Assembly: GCF_030028105.1 (NCBI RefSeq)
Contig: NC_092379.1
Coordinates: forward strand, 99,190,408-99,254,407
DNA length: 64,000 nucleotides
Direction: 5' to 3'
DNA from: Mobula birostris
Lineage: Eukaryota
Shown: piece after piece, positions 13,501 through 24,384 of the stretch
Position numbering within the stretch: the stretch's first letter is position 1
Layout: each line of letters opens with the position of its first letter
Program-made: the position numbers and the translations under genes
Notes under the pieces: model-generated
The model's database searches: none
What the model was told of the DNA's origin: nothing
What the model saw: only the letters and a program-made list of their open reading frames with translations

Positions 13501-13650
13501 GCACAGCCTCTTGTGTTTATGCCAAATGGTCCATCCATTTTTTTTGGTTCTGTTTTAAAGTAGTAGTTATTGCATAACTAAGTGGCTTCCTCCACCATTT
13601 CAGAGGTTATTTAGTAATTAACCACACTGCTGCCTTTCTCATGTCATGTG
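10540..13650 (-). mobile_element. Old, heavily decayed LINE remnants (CR1/L2 group) with nested younger fragments
   Basis: Antisense RT/APE-like nucleotide remnants similar to the 40800-41450 remnants in the opposite orientation; no intact ORF. Contains a Rex1 3' end at ~10975-11170. Confidence 0.45.
11960..12165 (-). mobile_element. tRNA-derived SINE
   Basis: Minus strand has A-box-like TGGTGGTGTAGTGG and B-box GGTTCGAATCC; related copy at 51690-51845. Confidence 0.7.
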
Positions 13651-14132
13651 CAAGACAGATTAGGTCAAGTTTTTTTCTCTTGTAGGTCATGGAGAAACCA
13701 AGTGGATTTTTTTTTTTAAACAATTTTGTATTTTCTTAGTCGCTAAGACAAGTTGGTTCTCGTCTTCATCTAATGTACTAATCAGGTTCCTACTGTTCAG
13801 TACAGGCATCATAGAAAAGAGAAAAATAGAACACAGCGCCTCACTAACTGATACTAAACACACATACAATGGTAATTTTACACAACAGAACAATGGACAA
13901 GTACAGCTGGATAAAAACTAGACATGCAAAGTTATAAGTCACAGAAGAAATAGACTTCATAAAGGAGACAAAATTATAGCCTTTAAAACATATTTAGCCC
14001 AATAACAGCATATATATCTCTTTCTTTTTAAGTTTTGTAATTCAGACAAGTAGATTTCCACATTAATTTCATATTTCACATGTTCAGTCAAAACAAATAC
14101 CAGTTCCAGTTGAATGCAGGAGTAATTCCTAC

Positions 14133-14284
14133 CTTTTCACCACCATCTTCAGTGCCCTGAACGATCCTTTAATAAGGATGAGTGCCTCCTGTCTTGAGCC
14201 ATATAGTGGTGAGCCACTGATGTTTATAATTTCATCACCGACCTGTAGTTTCTTCGACAAAGCAGCCTTCCCTCCATCTTCAAT
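14133..14284 (-). CDS. SHROOM4: SHROOM4 coding exon 2 (rest of PDZ domain)
   Basis: Not in the ORF track; read manually. Acceptor TTTTAG|, then IEDGGKAALSKKLQVGDEIINISGSPLYGSRQEALILIKGSFRALKMVVK(R), then donor AG|GTAGG. 152 nt, phase 0 start compatible with exon 1. Closely matches human IEDGGKAALSQKMRTGDELVNINGTPLYGSRQEALILIKGSFRILKLIVRR. Confidence 0.95.
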
Positions 14285-14495
14285 CTAAAATTAGATAATA
14301 AAAATCCAATAAATGCAGCAAATAACAAAGATAAAAAAATGTACATAAGTGCAGTAGTTCTAAACAGAGCAAATAGTCTACAAAATACTTAACTGTTCAT
14401 CAACATGACAATAGTTGATAAAGTGAACAAAACAACTTCAGAGAGTTTAACTATGGTCCCACCCCATTTTATTATATAGAAATTAGATTTAATTA

Positions 14496-14507
14496 TTGAA
14501 TATATGC
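14496..14507 (+). repeat. Left target-site duplication TTGAATATATGC of the RTE-MCEE insertion
   Basis: Identical 12-mer at 14496-14507 (abutting the CAA tail) and 18896-18907 (abutting the MCEE fragment). Confidence 0.93.
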
Positions 14508-17500
14508 TGTTGTTGTTGTTCGTCCTTCATAGTCGAAGATGGCCATGGCTTCAAAGTCAAATGGGAGATTGGTGGCTGTGGGTCCGGAGGTGACTGATGG
14601 GGACAATCCGGGCCCTGAAGGCTCGCCCACATGTGGGACACAAGTGGGTGGGTGCTGTCGTGGCACTGGATGCTGCTCGGGACTTGCGCACAGCACGCTT
14701 TCGTTGCGCCTCGATGATGCGCCTGACTTCAGCTGCACGGGCTCCTGTGGTGATCTTGCTGCGCCAAGCTGGACGGTCAAGGGCAAGCGTCTCCCACGTG
14801 TCGACACCCAGGCCTTTGAGGGACGCTTTGAGGCAGTCTTTATAAACTTTCTTCTGCCCCCCGACTGAGCGCTTGCCCTGACACAGTTCTCCGTACAGCA
14901 GCTGCTTAGGCATTCGGCTGTCTGGCATTCTGACCACATGTCCAGCCCACCTGGCTTGGGCTTTCAGCAGGAGGGTGTAGACGCTGCAGAGCCCAGCTCG
15001 TTCCAGGATTTCCGTGTCGAGGACTTTGTCCTGCCACCTGATGTGGAGGAGTCTGCGGAGACAGCTCAGGTGAAAATGGTTCAGCTGTTTGGCGTGTCTG
15101 CTGTAGACAGTCCAGGTCTCGCTGGCGTAAAGGAGGGTGGTAAGGACCACTGCACAGTAGACCTTCAGCTTGGTGGTAAGGCTGACTCCTCTCCGCTCCC
15201 AGACGTTCTCACGGAGTCTCCCAAAGGCGGTGCTGGCTTTCGCAATCCTGTTGTTGACCTAGCGTCTATATTCACTGTGCGAGAGTGTATGCTGCCCAGG
15301 TAGGTGAAGTTGTCGACTGCCTGGAGGTTCTGGCCATTCACCGTGATGCGCGGCTCCTGGTATGGCTTTCCTGGGGCAGGCTGGTACATAGCTTCGGTCT
15401 TTTTGGTGCTGATAGTGAGACCGAAGTTGTCGCAGGCTTGTGAGAAGCAGTCCATTTCACGCTGCATCTCCTGCTCTGTGCTGGCATTGAGTGCGCAGTC
15501 ATCAGCAAACAACAAGTCTCTGATGACAGTCTCTTGCACCTTTGTAACTGCCTGCAGGCGCCTAAGGTTGAACAACCTGCCGTCAGTCCTGTACCTGACG
15601 TGGATTCCTTCTTCGTAGTTACGGAAGGCATCTGTCAGCATGGCAGAGAATACCATACTGAACAGAGTCGGGGCAAGAACGCAGCCTTGTTTGATGCCAT
15701 TTGTCCCTGGGAAGGCCTCCGACTCGTCGCCGTCATCCAGAACTTTCACCATCATAACGTCATGGAACTGCCGGACGATTGTGATGAACTTGCTGGGGCA
15801 GCCAAACTTCTCCATGATTTTCCACAAGCCTTCTCTGCTGACCGTATCGAAAGCCTAGGTTAGATCGACAAAGGTCACGAAGAGGTCGCTGTGTTGCTCC
15901 TGGCATTTTTCCTGGAGTTGGCGCGCAGCAAAAATCATGTCTGCAGTCCCACGTTCAGCACGGAAGCCGCACTTGCTTTCTGGGAGCAGACCTTGCTCAA
16001 GATGTTGGAGAAGGCGGTTGAGCAGGACGCGGGCCAGAATCTTTCCCGCAATGGACAAGAGGGAGATGCCGCGGTGGTTGTCGCAAGACTGGCGGTTGCC
16101 TTTCCTCTTGTAGATATCAACTACGCTGGCATCTTTCAGCTGTTGCGGGACCTGTCCCTTTTTCCACATGGACTGGAAGAGTACAGTCAGCTGTTGCATC
16201 ATGACAGGGCCTCCTGCTTTGTATACCTCAGCAGGGATTGCATCGGGTCCTGGCGCTTTGCCACAGGAGAGTTGCTTCACTGCCTTCCTGACGTCATCTA
16301 CTATGGGGAGGGTGTCGAGGTTCTTGTTGATCTCTACCTGGGGCAGGCGGGCAATGGCCTCGTCATTGATGTCGGCAGGGCGGTTAAGGACGTTGTTAAA
16401 GTGCTCAGCCCACCGATCCAGAATCTGCTTCTTCTCTGTCAGCAGCTGCGTCTCATCTGCGTTGAGGAGGGGTGAGGAGCCGGAGGACTGGGGTCCATAT
16501 ACAGCCTTAAGCGCATTGTAGAAGCACTTTATGTCGTGGCTGTCTGCATAGCCCTGGATTTCATCGGCCTTCTTGCTGAACCAGCTATCCTGCATTTCAC
16601 CAAGTTTTTTCTGCACCTTTCTTCTTGCGTTGGTAAAGGCATCTTTCTTGGCTAGCGACGTGGGTTCGTCCTGATGCGCTTTGTAATGTTGATGTTTCTC
16701 CGTTAGTAGTGCCTGTATTTCTTCATCATTCTCATCGAACCAGTCTTGGTTTCTTCGGGTTGCTGGTCTGAGATGTTTGAGGGCGGTAGTGTAGACAGCA
16801 TCTCCGAAGGCCGTCCACTGTTCCTCAACGCTGGTCCCGTCATCCTGTGGTGTATCTGGCAGTCTGCCTTTAAGGTCATCGACGAGTTCTTCTGCAACCC
16901 TGCTGCTTTTCAGCTTGGAGACATTCAGCCTCTTTGCAGTCTTCTGCCCTTGGGGTCTTCTCATGGGCAGAATGCGAAGCCTGAACTTGGACACAATGAG
17001 GCGGTGATCGGTCCAGCAGTCGGCACCACACATGGCTCTCGTCCATCCTGTCCCTCTTCCTGGTGATGATGTAGTCAATCAGATGCCAGTGCTTCGAGCG
17101 TGGGTGCATCCATGATGTCTTCTTACGGGTGGGTAAGCGGAACAGGGTGTTGGTGATGACAAGGTCGTGTGTGGCACATGTCTTGAGGAGCAGAAGGCCA
17201 TTGTTGTTACACTTGCCAGTGCCGTGTCTTCCAATGATCCCTTCCCAGGTTTGGTAGTCTGTCCCTACTCTGGCATTGAAGTCCCCGAGAACGATGAGCT
17301 TCTCTGACTGCAGGATTGCTGAGATGAGGGTGTCGAGTTCTTCATAGAACTTGTCCTTAATGTCATCTGGGTTGGTCATGGTGGGAGCGTAGGCACTAAT
17401 CAGCGTAGCACTCCTCTTGTTTGCAAGTGGGAGCTGAAGTGTCATCAGGCGGTCGTTGATGCTGTCTGGGTGCTTGGTGAGTTTACGGGCGAGGTTAGAA

Positions 17501-18510
17501 TTGATGACAAATCCCACGCCTGCTTCTCGTCGTTCAGCGCTGCTGTGACCGCTCCAGAAGAACGTGTATCCACCACTACGCTCTGTCAGCTGGCCCTTGT
17601 CTGCTAGGCGCGTTTCGCTGAGAGCTGCCATGTCCACGTTGTAGCGAGCTAGCTCTTTTGCAACCAGTGCAGTTCTTCTCTCTGGTCTGTCTGCCTTGAT
17701 GTTATCTCGCAGAGTTCTCACGTTCCATGTGCCAAGGTTGAGCACCATCACTTTCTTCTTCACTGTTGTAGGTCGACCGCTATGAGGGATCCCCACCAGC
17801 CGCGGTAAGCTGGTCAGGGTGAGGTGAAGCAGACGATGTTTGAGGCACCTTTTCCAGTCCCTTCCTCCATGGAGGTGAGCAGAGCGATCCTAAAGAGGGC
17901 TGCTCAGACACCCAGGGGGCTGCCGAACTCAACTGCTGCTTCGGTCCAGTAGAGAGCGACCCTATGCCCTGGGCCGCCTGTGTGCAGGTTTGTGACTGCA
18001 GCTTCCAGTGTATCCGTACCTGCTGCTTCGCCGCTCCCCCATCGCCCCAGGACTTCAGGTTGCGCGTTGGGTTTGAAGTCATGACTTGTGCTTGACTTGG
18101 ATTAAAGTGAGGGAGAGCTGCGCAGGTCGTCAGCCTCACTCTCTCGTCCCGGCCTATCTGGACCCAGTGGCAAGACATAGTCGAGACGGCTGGAGATAGG
18201 TCAGGATGCAGTGGATGGCCGGCAGTGTTCTGTGTGTCTCACTGTGCCCTCTTAGCGCTCCACGATGCATTGCTGAGAATCACCTTTCTGCCCATTGAAC
18301 CAGTGATGGTTTCTTCCGCATAGTCCGCTGAATCCAGGTTTCACACGCTAGGTAGACAAGCTCTGAGTGTTGTGGGTCTACGGCAGTTCTTGCGGCATGC
18401 TCGCAAGCCTCCCTACGCATTGTTGGGCATCCTCATCCGCCTTTGTAGCCATTGGGAGATGTCTCCTCTTCCGCCTGCTCCACCATTGGGATGATCACCT
18501 TGGTTACTGG
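14508..18510 (-). mobile_element. Full-length RTE-clade LINE (APE + RT + C-terminal C2H2), recently inactivated
   Basis: APE motifs GTWNVRTL, SETR, SAYAPT, LGDFNARVG, HLIDY. RT motifs GIKQGCVLAPTLF and LFADD. CPTC..HLRTH zinc finger. (CAA)n tail at 14508-14520. The single ORF is broken by about three lesions (frameshift ~17045, TAG at 15855-15857, frameshift ~15265). ~750-nt 5'UTR. Confidence 0.95.
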
Positions 18511-18691
18511 CCTATGGAAGTGGGCTCGCAGCAGGCGGCCGGGGTGGGCGGTGGCGGTCACGACAAGCGGCAGGCCAGCTCCAGGCCTCGGGCCTCGCCC
18601 CCTCCGCCGCCTCGCACTGGCTGCAGGCCGCCGACGGTGCGGTGGCGGCGGGCTGCCCGGGGCCGGGCCCGGCCTCACCAAGAGGCAGCAT

Positions 18692-18895
18692 CAGGGTACG
18701 CACCTGCTGGGCCCGCAGCTGCTGAAGGACGGTGGCCATGTGGTCCACCTCCAGGCAAATGTGGTGGATGCCGCCGCCAGGGCTCTTGCGGAGGAAGCCG
18801 AGGATCGGGCTGCGCTCACCCAGCGGCTCCAGCAGTTCCAACTTGGTGTTGCCCAGCTCCACGAAGGCCGCGCTGACGCCGTGCTCGGGCGTCAG
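18692..18895 (-). pseudogene. MCEE: Processed MCEE (methylmalonyl-CoA epimerase) fragment at the 5' end of the RTE insertion
   Basis: 68 open codons LTPEHGVSAAFVELGNTKLELLEPLGERSPILGFLRKSPGGGIHHICLEVDHMATVLQQLRAQQVRTL align to human MCEE ~P80-L145 (PEHGVSVVFVNLGNTKMELLHPLGRDSPIAGFLQKNKAGGMHHICIEVD). N- and C-termini are absent. Starts exactly at the TSD. Confidence 0.92.
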
Positions 18896-18907
18896 TTGAA
18901 TATATGC
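18896..18907 (+). repeat. Right target-site duplication TTGAATATATGC
   Basis: See the left copy; base composition drops abruptly from GC-rich to AT-rich at this point. Confidence 0.93.
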
Positions 18908-19804
18908 AACTTTCAGCTGACTACACCATCCACTAATAAAGTCCAACTGAGAATATACTGTCTGTTCCTCCTCTTCTCACATCAGCCAGCTTTATAACGT
19001 GAAAGATATTTCTTCTTTGAGATTCCTTTTTGTCTCTTTCTGATCGGGCAGTCTTCATTATTGCTGTTCTCTTCTAGGTGGTGACTGCACATCCACATCC
19101 ATTCTCAATAGTTTTCTTTCTATGAAATGACATTGCAATTGGCAATTACGTTAACTGCTGTGGACAGTAAACTTGCTTCTCCAACATTATAGATCAAAAG
19201 GGTCTTGGTATTTACATTAATAATCACATTCATTTCCAAATGTTAATGTACTGCACTTTCAGTCACTCCATCTGAATGTTTTCCTAAGCTCAAACGAGAT
19301 GTTTTCATACCTACCCCCATAGTTCAACAATCCAATTCATTCCCAAACTCAGCTGGGGTTTTAGCCCTTTATCTGCCATCCTTGCCTCTGTGATTTCGTG
19401 TTAGTTACGTAAATCACTGCATATTTTTCCCCAGTCCTCCAGGATTCCTTCCATTGGCCTATTTCTCAAAACAGTTCATCTAAGTTACTTCAAATAGCTT
19501 TCTTTTACTGATGTAGTGCAATCTGAATCTGATAATTTCTATTTTTAATTCCAACCCTGATATTGTCATCAATTCCTGTTGATAATAGTGGGTCTATTAT
19601 TTACCTGAACAACTCAGCTGACTGGAAATCACCTTTCCTCTTTCTCCGGACTGTGACCCTGCAACTAAACATCCTTTCACAGATCATCACCCACCAGAAA
19701 CCTCTGCTCCCTCACCTTCTCTTGACATAGAATTATATGTTTTTATACATTATGTGACAGAATTTTATTAGAAACTCAATCATAGTGTCTAGATGCAAAG
19801 AAAT

Positions 19805-21050
19805 GATCAGAATCAGATTTATTATCACTGCCTTATAGGATGTGAATGTTATTGTTTTGCGACAGTACAGTCCAAAGATATACAACTACAAATTACAAAA
19901 TAAAAAAATAGTTCAACACGGAAAAATGAGGTGGTGTTCATGACCATTCAGTAATCTGATGGTGGAAGGGAAGAATCAATTCCCGTGGACTTTCGGCTCC
20001 TGTACCTCCATCCTGAAGGTGGTAAGGAGAAGAGGGCATGTCCCAGATGGTGAGGTACTGCTTCTTGAAGAAGCCCTTATGGTAGAGGGGCTTCTGTCCA
20101 TGATGGAGCTGGCCGAGTCAACAACATTCTGTGGCTACTTGTGATCCTGCGCACTGGATCTCCACAGCAGATCTACAGATATTTACAGGAGTCTTTGGTG
20201 ACATACCAACTCTCCTCAAACTCCTAGCAAAGTGGAGCCGCTGATGTGCGTTCCTGATGATTGATTTTAAATGTTGGGCCCAGGACACATTCTCGGAGAT
20301 GTTTACACCTGGGAACACAAACCTACCCACCCTTTTCTCCAATGACCCCTCAATGAGGACCATTGTGGATTTGCACAACTTCCCCTTCCTGAAGTCCTCA
20401 ATCAATTCCTTGGTTTTGCTGACATTGAGTGCAATGTTGTTGCTGTGACATCACTCAACCAGATGACCTGTCTCACTCCATCATGCCTCCTTGTTGCTAT
20501 CTGAGATTATACCCACAACAGTGGTGTCATCCACAAATTTAAGCTGTGCCTAGGCAAAGAGTGATGAAAGTAAACAGAGTAGAGCAGTAGGCCTGTTTTT
20601 GAAGTGCACCTGTTTTGACTGCCAGCAAGGAGATATTATCACTAACCCATACTGAATATGGTCTTTCCGATGAAGTTAAAGATCCAGTTGCAGGAAGAGG
20701 TACAGAGGTCTGCATTTAGAAGCTTGGTGATTAATACTGAGGGAATGATGGTATTGAATGACAAGATGATAAACAGCCTGACCCATGTTTTGTTGTTGTC
20801 CACATGCTCCACAGCAGACTGGAGTGCCAGAGAGATTGTGTCTGCTGGCCACTTGTTGTGGTGGTGGGCAAATTGCTTCAGGTCCAGGTCCTTGCTTAGA
20901 CAGGAGTTAATCTTTGCCATAACCAACCTCCTGAAGCACTTCATTACAGTAGATGTGAATGCTACTGACTGATAGCCACTGAGTATGTCACCCTGCTCTT
21001 CTTGGGCACCAATATGATTGCTGCCCTTTTGAAACAGATGAAAAGCTCAG
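19805..21050 (-). mobile_element. Rex1/Babar-type LINE fragment
   Basis: MKCFRRLVMAKINSCLSKDLD, GVNISENVSWAQH...AHQRLHFARSLRRVG; (TCTGAT)n-like tail at ~19806. Confidence 0.88.
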
Positions 21051-22331
21051 GAGTCCAAGATCTGGTTAAGCTGACCTACCCGTTCCCATCATCCTCATCT
21101 CTACTGGATCTATGTTGAGCTTAGTTGAATTAATAAGCCCCGTTTCCATATACATAATTAAAAAGCAGTAACACCTTACTGAATGATAGAGGGTGTGAAC
21201 TATATCTTCTGCATTTTATTTAAACCCAAACATTCATTTGATAGGCTATCCAAAATAAATCTACTGCACTGTATAATCCCATCCTAATCATTAATGTCTT
21301 GATAGGTGAGACACAAATATTCATCAAAACAGAAATTAATAAATATAGGAAAAGAACGGAGAAATAGAGAAAGTCTGATCTTGTGTAAAAATACGTTGGT
21401 AAAGAGTGATATATCTGAAAACTGCAATTTGTAATACCACACTGGAATCAGAGCTATGGAAATTGGAAAAGGACATGGAATCAAAACCAAAGATACTGAT
21501 GGAATGGTGCAGCAGCCTTGATAAGCTGTATGACATGTGTCTGCTTCTGATACTCAGGGTCTTGATTATCTAGTGATATTAGTGATCAAATCAGTGATTA
21601 AAACTTGACAATATAAAAATTTCATTTACTAAATGAAGACAGGCAGAAGAAATGCGTCTTTCAACTGAATTATTAGAGGATGGCATACTTTGAAGTAAGA
21701 AGTTTTAACACAGAGACTTCTAAGAAAAATCTGGATAACCATTTGAAGTAGGGATGGATGAAGAGTTATGGCAGTTTTTGATTGTTCTCCCACAACATCT
21801 GATGCCCCTTTTTTGTAAAGTATATGCTAATTGTTCCTTGTTTATAGAGTCAACCTCCTACAAAAATGGGAGGAAGGCCAAGTACAGTCACTATTCTAAA
21901 GAGGTGTGCATTCAAGAGAAGGATATCATTCACTAAGGCATTATAACATAATATAATCCAAATTTAAAATCACATTTTTTTGCACTTTTTTGGTATATGA
22001 TACTTGAATCATCTATTACTCAGAGATAATGGCAATATATACACAATCGAAAAGAAAAGGAATAAGCAGGTGTTTCACCAGTTTGAGATCATTAACTGGG
22101 GAATATCTAATTATTCAAGCATGTTAGCATCCAGGGTCTGGACTACCGATCCAAAGAAGTCAGCTTAAATCCCAAATGGGAATAATTAAATGAATGAAGA
22201 ATTGCAAAGTTGATATCAGAAAAGCAACATGAAGCTACCAGGCTATTGTAAGAAGGCATCTATCAGGGAAAGAAATCTGCTATCCTTACCTGGTCTCAAA
22301 GTTCAACACAATCTATTATCGAAGTATACAC

Positions 22332-22632
22332 TACACTCACTGGCCACTTTATTAGGTACACTTACTTTTTATACAAGTATCAGCCAATCATGTGGCAGCA
22401 ATGCAATGCATAAAAACATGCAGACATAGCCAAGAGGTTCAGTGTTATTCAGACCAATTATCAGATTGGGGAAGAAATGTGATCGAAGTGACTTTGACTG
22501 TTAAATGATTGTTGGTGCCAGAAGGGTGTTTTGAGTATCTCGGAAACTGCTGATCTCCTGGGATTTTCATGCACACCAGTCTCTAGAGTTTACAGAGAAT
22601 ACGTACACTCAGTAGCCACTTTGTTAGGTACA
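22332..22632 (+). mobile_element. Tc1-like non-autonomous DNA transposon fragment
   Basis: TA-CACTCACTGGCCACTTTATTAGGTACAC terminus and decayed transposase N-terminus (SISETADLLGFSCTPVSRVYRE). Related copies at 34272-34773 and 63770-64000. Confidence 0.8.
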
Positions 22633-22779
22633 GAAGGAAAATGGAAAAATTTAGATAATGTTGCACAAAAATCCAGACAGATTAAGAGGCCGGAGGGAGG
22701 GCCGCACGTGGATCAGCAATTTAGAAGACAGAGGAAAATGTGCAGAGTTTAGGGTGAAGATTCATAAGGACAAAGGAAC

Positions 22780-24090
22780 ACAAGAAATTCAGTGGGTGCA
22801 AGAGTAAGCTATCTTGATCAGGGCAAATCTGGCTGTGGACTCAGCTCCTCCTACTTGCCTTTTCCCCTTAATTCCTTTGCTATGCAAAATCTATCTAACC
22901 GTGGCTTTAAGTACTGTGGATTCTGGTTAATTGGGACATATTGGTACCAGTACATTTTGGCTTGATTATGTGGCTGCCCCAATTGAAATGGAAATAGTTA
23001 AAAAGAAATAAAAATCATGTAATTAAATGAAATACAGAACTAATTCGACCACTACCAATACTACTACAGCACTGGAAGTGTTCTAATTTGTTCCGTACTA
23101 CATTATGATAAAACTATATGTTAGTTCCTAATAGTTATTGACAAAGGAATTCAGAGTACACTGCTCTGTTTTGATTGACTGTAAATGAACAAAATCAATG
23201 CAGATATCTAGTGCAGATAATGGACTGCCATCATACAATGCTTTGAACAATGGTATTTTTGAAATCTTCATTTTTCCTGTAACATTTGAGATGATTACCT
23301 TCAAATTCATCATAGTTCCTAACTTGTTGAAGTAATGAAATAATTTGATTTTCACTCCCAGCCACTTCTGGCACCTCCAAGTTTCAATGCTTGAAACCAT
23401 AGTGAGCAAAACAGTTCTGAATATATTTAATGCTTATTTCTTGCCAAAAATCATTGCTGCTTCTTTTTTAAAAAAAACAAACACAGGTAACTAACACTAT
23501 TTTAAAAGTTGTTCACTTGAAGCCTTGTGTCGTGTCTAAGAGCTACACAAGTGCAAACAACTAATGTTAGTTGGAAGCAACACACAATACTTGGATTTCC
23601 ACCACTTGCACACTTGCTCATGTTAACGCTAGTCAGAAACTGTTTGGCAACAATCTGTCCCGATTATGTAGCATAGTGTCCCAAATAAATGAAGGGAATT
23701 CTGGCACTTTCTCGATTAGTTTTTATCCTTTAAGTGTTGTACCAAGTCAGCAGCTGCTTAGATTAATTGATGGTCTAATTAACCAGAATGCACTGTATAT
23801 TTAATGAGGTAGCTGCTACTGCTTTCCCAGGCAGAGAATTTCTCTGATTCACTACTGAGAAAAGCACTTTCTTCTCATCTCCATCCTAAATCTACTCCCT
23901 CAAATCCTGAGGCTATGTCCCCTAGTTTTGGGCCCCCTTACCAGTGGAAACAGCTATTCTGCCTCTATCTTAACGATCACTTTTCACAATTTTATATATT
24001 TCTTATAAGATTCCCACTCATTCTGCTGAATTCCAGCTTGTCCCTGGTGACTCACTATCTCCTCATGGGCTAACACTCTCATCTCCAGCA
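22780..24090 (-). mobile_element. CR1 3' fragment interrupted by a Tigger-like MITE
   Basis: CR1 3' antisense signature (CTATCTAACCGTGGCTTTAAG|TATTTAATGAGGTAG...GGCAGAGAATT) rejoins across the MITE. Confidence 0.7.
22914..23795. mobile_element. Tigger/pogo-like MITE
   Basis: TIRs CTGTGGATTCTGGTTAATTGG / CAGTGCATTCTGGTTAATTAG; TA duplications at 22912-22913 and 23796-23797. Confidence 0.88.
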
Positions 24091-24384
24091 CAGCTCCTGT
24101 GTTTGCCAGAGAAAAGTCAGCCTCTTTTCAATCACCTTTTTATAAGGGGATAAAACTTAACCAGCCCCACCTCAAAAAAAAAGAGGGGAAAACATCATGG
24201 AATGGAAGTAAAATTGCACAGATATAGAGCAAATACTTATAACATTCGTAGTAAGTTATGGTTATATCAATGACTGAGGAATTGTGTAAATGCTTGCATT
24301 TATTTTAATGGGAACTATGGAACCTTGAAAGGCACTGCTATTTTTCAGTGCACATCACTGTCTCTAATGACGCAAACAGAGAAA

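Noticed and set aside
1-14132. SHROOM4 exon 3 (SRPHSWH motif)
   Set aside because: Not found by eye; probably beyond the window start.
14539-17066. Numerous plus-strand ORFs
   Set aside because: Antisense shadows of the GC-rich RTE ORF.
18361-18520. HDV-like ribozyme at the RTE 5' end
   Set aside because: I could not identify the nested P1/P2/P3 pairing by eye.
18512-18946. 144-aa ORF as a functional MCEE gene
   Set aside because: Its N-terminus is flanking intron DNA beyond the TSD. It lacks the LNHVAIAV strand and the C-terminal HPKD..GVLVELE region with metal ligands, and has no targeting peptide.
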